Of a stretch of 64,000 nt of DNA, positions 63,414-64,000 are shown piece after piece. Position 1 is the first letter of the stretch; every line of letters begins with the position of its first letter. Source of the stretch: an uncultured Gemmatimonadales bacterium. Lineage in GTDB: Bacteria; Gemmatimonadota; Gemmatimonadetes; Gemmatimonadales; GWC2-71-9. The position numbers and the translations under genes are program-made. The stretch covers positions 5,960-69,959 of the forward strand of contig CAVQWA010000056.1 of NCBI GenBank assembly GCA_963717315.1, read 5' to 3'. Under the pieces are notes generated by a model. The model was not told the origin of the DNA and did not search any database. It was given only the letters and a program-made list of their open reading frames with translations.

Positions 63414-64000
63414 TGCGCACGGCGATCCTCGCGGTCGCCGGCCTCCTCGCCGCGGCGCCCGCCGCCGCGCAGGTCGGGAGCCTCCCCGGGAAGTCGCCGT
63501 ACCGCGACATCCGCTTCGGCCACGGGATCTCTTTCACCGTGGCGCAGTGGGCCGGCGACGGCGGCGAGGTGGGGGTCGGGCCCGGCGACGGCACCACCTT
63601 CGGGCTGCGCTACGACCTCCGGGTCAGCCAGCCGGTGTCGCTCTCGGTCGGCGTCGCCCGCGGCGACTTCGACCGGGTGGTGCTCGACCCCACGGCGCTC
63701 CCCGAGGACCGCGAGGCCGTGCCGGTCACCGGGTCCCTGAGCCTGATCGACCTCGGCCTCCAGTTCACCCTCACCGGCGCCAAGACCTGGCACGGCCTCG
63801 CCCCCTACATCGGCGCGGCGGCCGGCATCGCGCTCGGGGGGGACGTGGACGATGCGAGCGGCTACGAGTTCGGCAACAAGGTCACCTTCGCGCCGCTCAT
63901 CGGCACCCGGTTCTTCGCCGGCGACAACTTCTTCGCCCGGCTGGAGCTCAGGGGCACCTTCTGGAAGCTCTCCTATCCCACCTCGTTCCTCACCTCGCCC
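63413..64000 (+). CDS. hypothetical outer-membrane beta-barrel-like protein (3' end outside window)
   Basis: ATG 63413 overlaps the gpmI stop (TGATG). Signal MRTAILAVAGLLAAAPAAAQ. Alternating beta-strand pattern. The frame is open to the window edge. Confidence 0.6.
   Translation, partial: MRTAILAVAGLLAAAPAAAQVGSLPGKSPYRDIRFGHGISFTVAQWAGDGGEVGVGPGDGTTFGLRYDLRVSQPVSLSVGVARGDFDRVVLDPTALPEDREAVPVTGSLSLIDLGLQFTLTGAKTWHGLAPYIGAAAGIALGGDVDDASGYEFGNKVTFAPLIGTRFFAGDNFFARLELRGTFWKLSYPTSFLTSP

Overview
Very GC-rich chromosomal segment from a diderm bacterium. It encodes outer-membrane barrels, a TonB-dependent receptor and lipoproteins. A Gemmatimonadota-like origin is my guess from gene flavour only, not a tested claim. 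The window is densely packed with about 65 supportable protein genes, many joined by 4-bp ATGA/GTGA/TTGA start-stop overlaps. Most long alternative-frame ORFs in the supplied track are GC-driven artefacts.

Housekeeping genes recognised from their translations:
- Protein quality control and GTPase: clpX (5' partial), engB.
- Amino acid and nucleotide metabolism: trpE, purD, guaB, a cystathionine gamma-synthase/lyase.
- Cell envelope precursors: glmS, glmM-type mutase.
- Repair and housekeeping: maf, dtd, mutM, a UvrC-like GIY-YIG protein, nrnA, gpmI.
- Fe-S assembly: nfu, mrp/apbC.
- Prenylquinone late steps: ubiE, ubiD, ubiA, ubiX family genes.

Accessory and regulatory content:
- A putative Fur-box-fronted operon: ApbE, porin, FMN-binding protein and a His-rich 4-TM protein.
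- A hybrid GAF-PAS histidine kinase.
- A TonB-dependent receptor locus with lipoproteins and a beta-helix protein.
- A GspE/PilB-type ATPase fused to a C-terminal receiver domain and overlapping a NUDIX gene.
- An FHA-GAF-adenylate cyclase coupled to trpE.
- alkA-ogt, next to a decayed alpha/beta-hydrolase pseudogene.
- A CGNR zinc-finger regulator divergent from a small ABM-like gene, with a consensus promoter and a perfect 12-bp inverted repeat between them.
- An HD-GYP response regulator.
- An ECF sigma/anti-sigma operon.
- A Cys-rich protein, DUF2214 and PLP-decarboxylase operon.

I saw no rRNA, tRNA, CRISPR array, transposase or integrase.

The most striking feature belongs to no gene. 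At least two dozen loci carry short tandem arrays of 7-9 bp G-run units. The unit families are GGGGAGA, GGGGAAC, GTCGGACR, GTCGCGA, GNCGAAG, CGGTGCC and CGCAGAGRN. The arrays sit almost exactly between stop and start codons. Many form G-arm/C-arm inverted pairs that give roughly 25-bp hairpins. Several run into reading frames: they lie in frame inside glmM and mutM, form C-terminal tails on ogt, ubiE, the CGNR regulator and a membrane protein, and coincide with a purD frame that has no stop codon.

All coordinates and start codons are hand-derived. Function calls rest on motif and family recognition, not on database searches.
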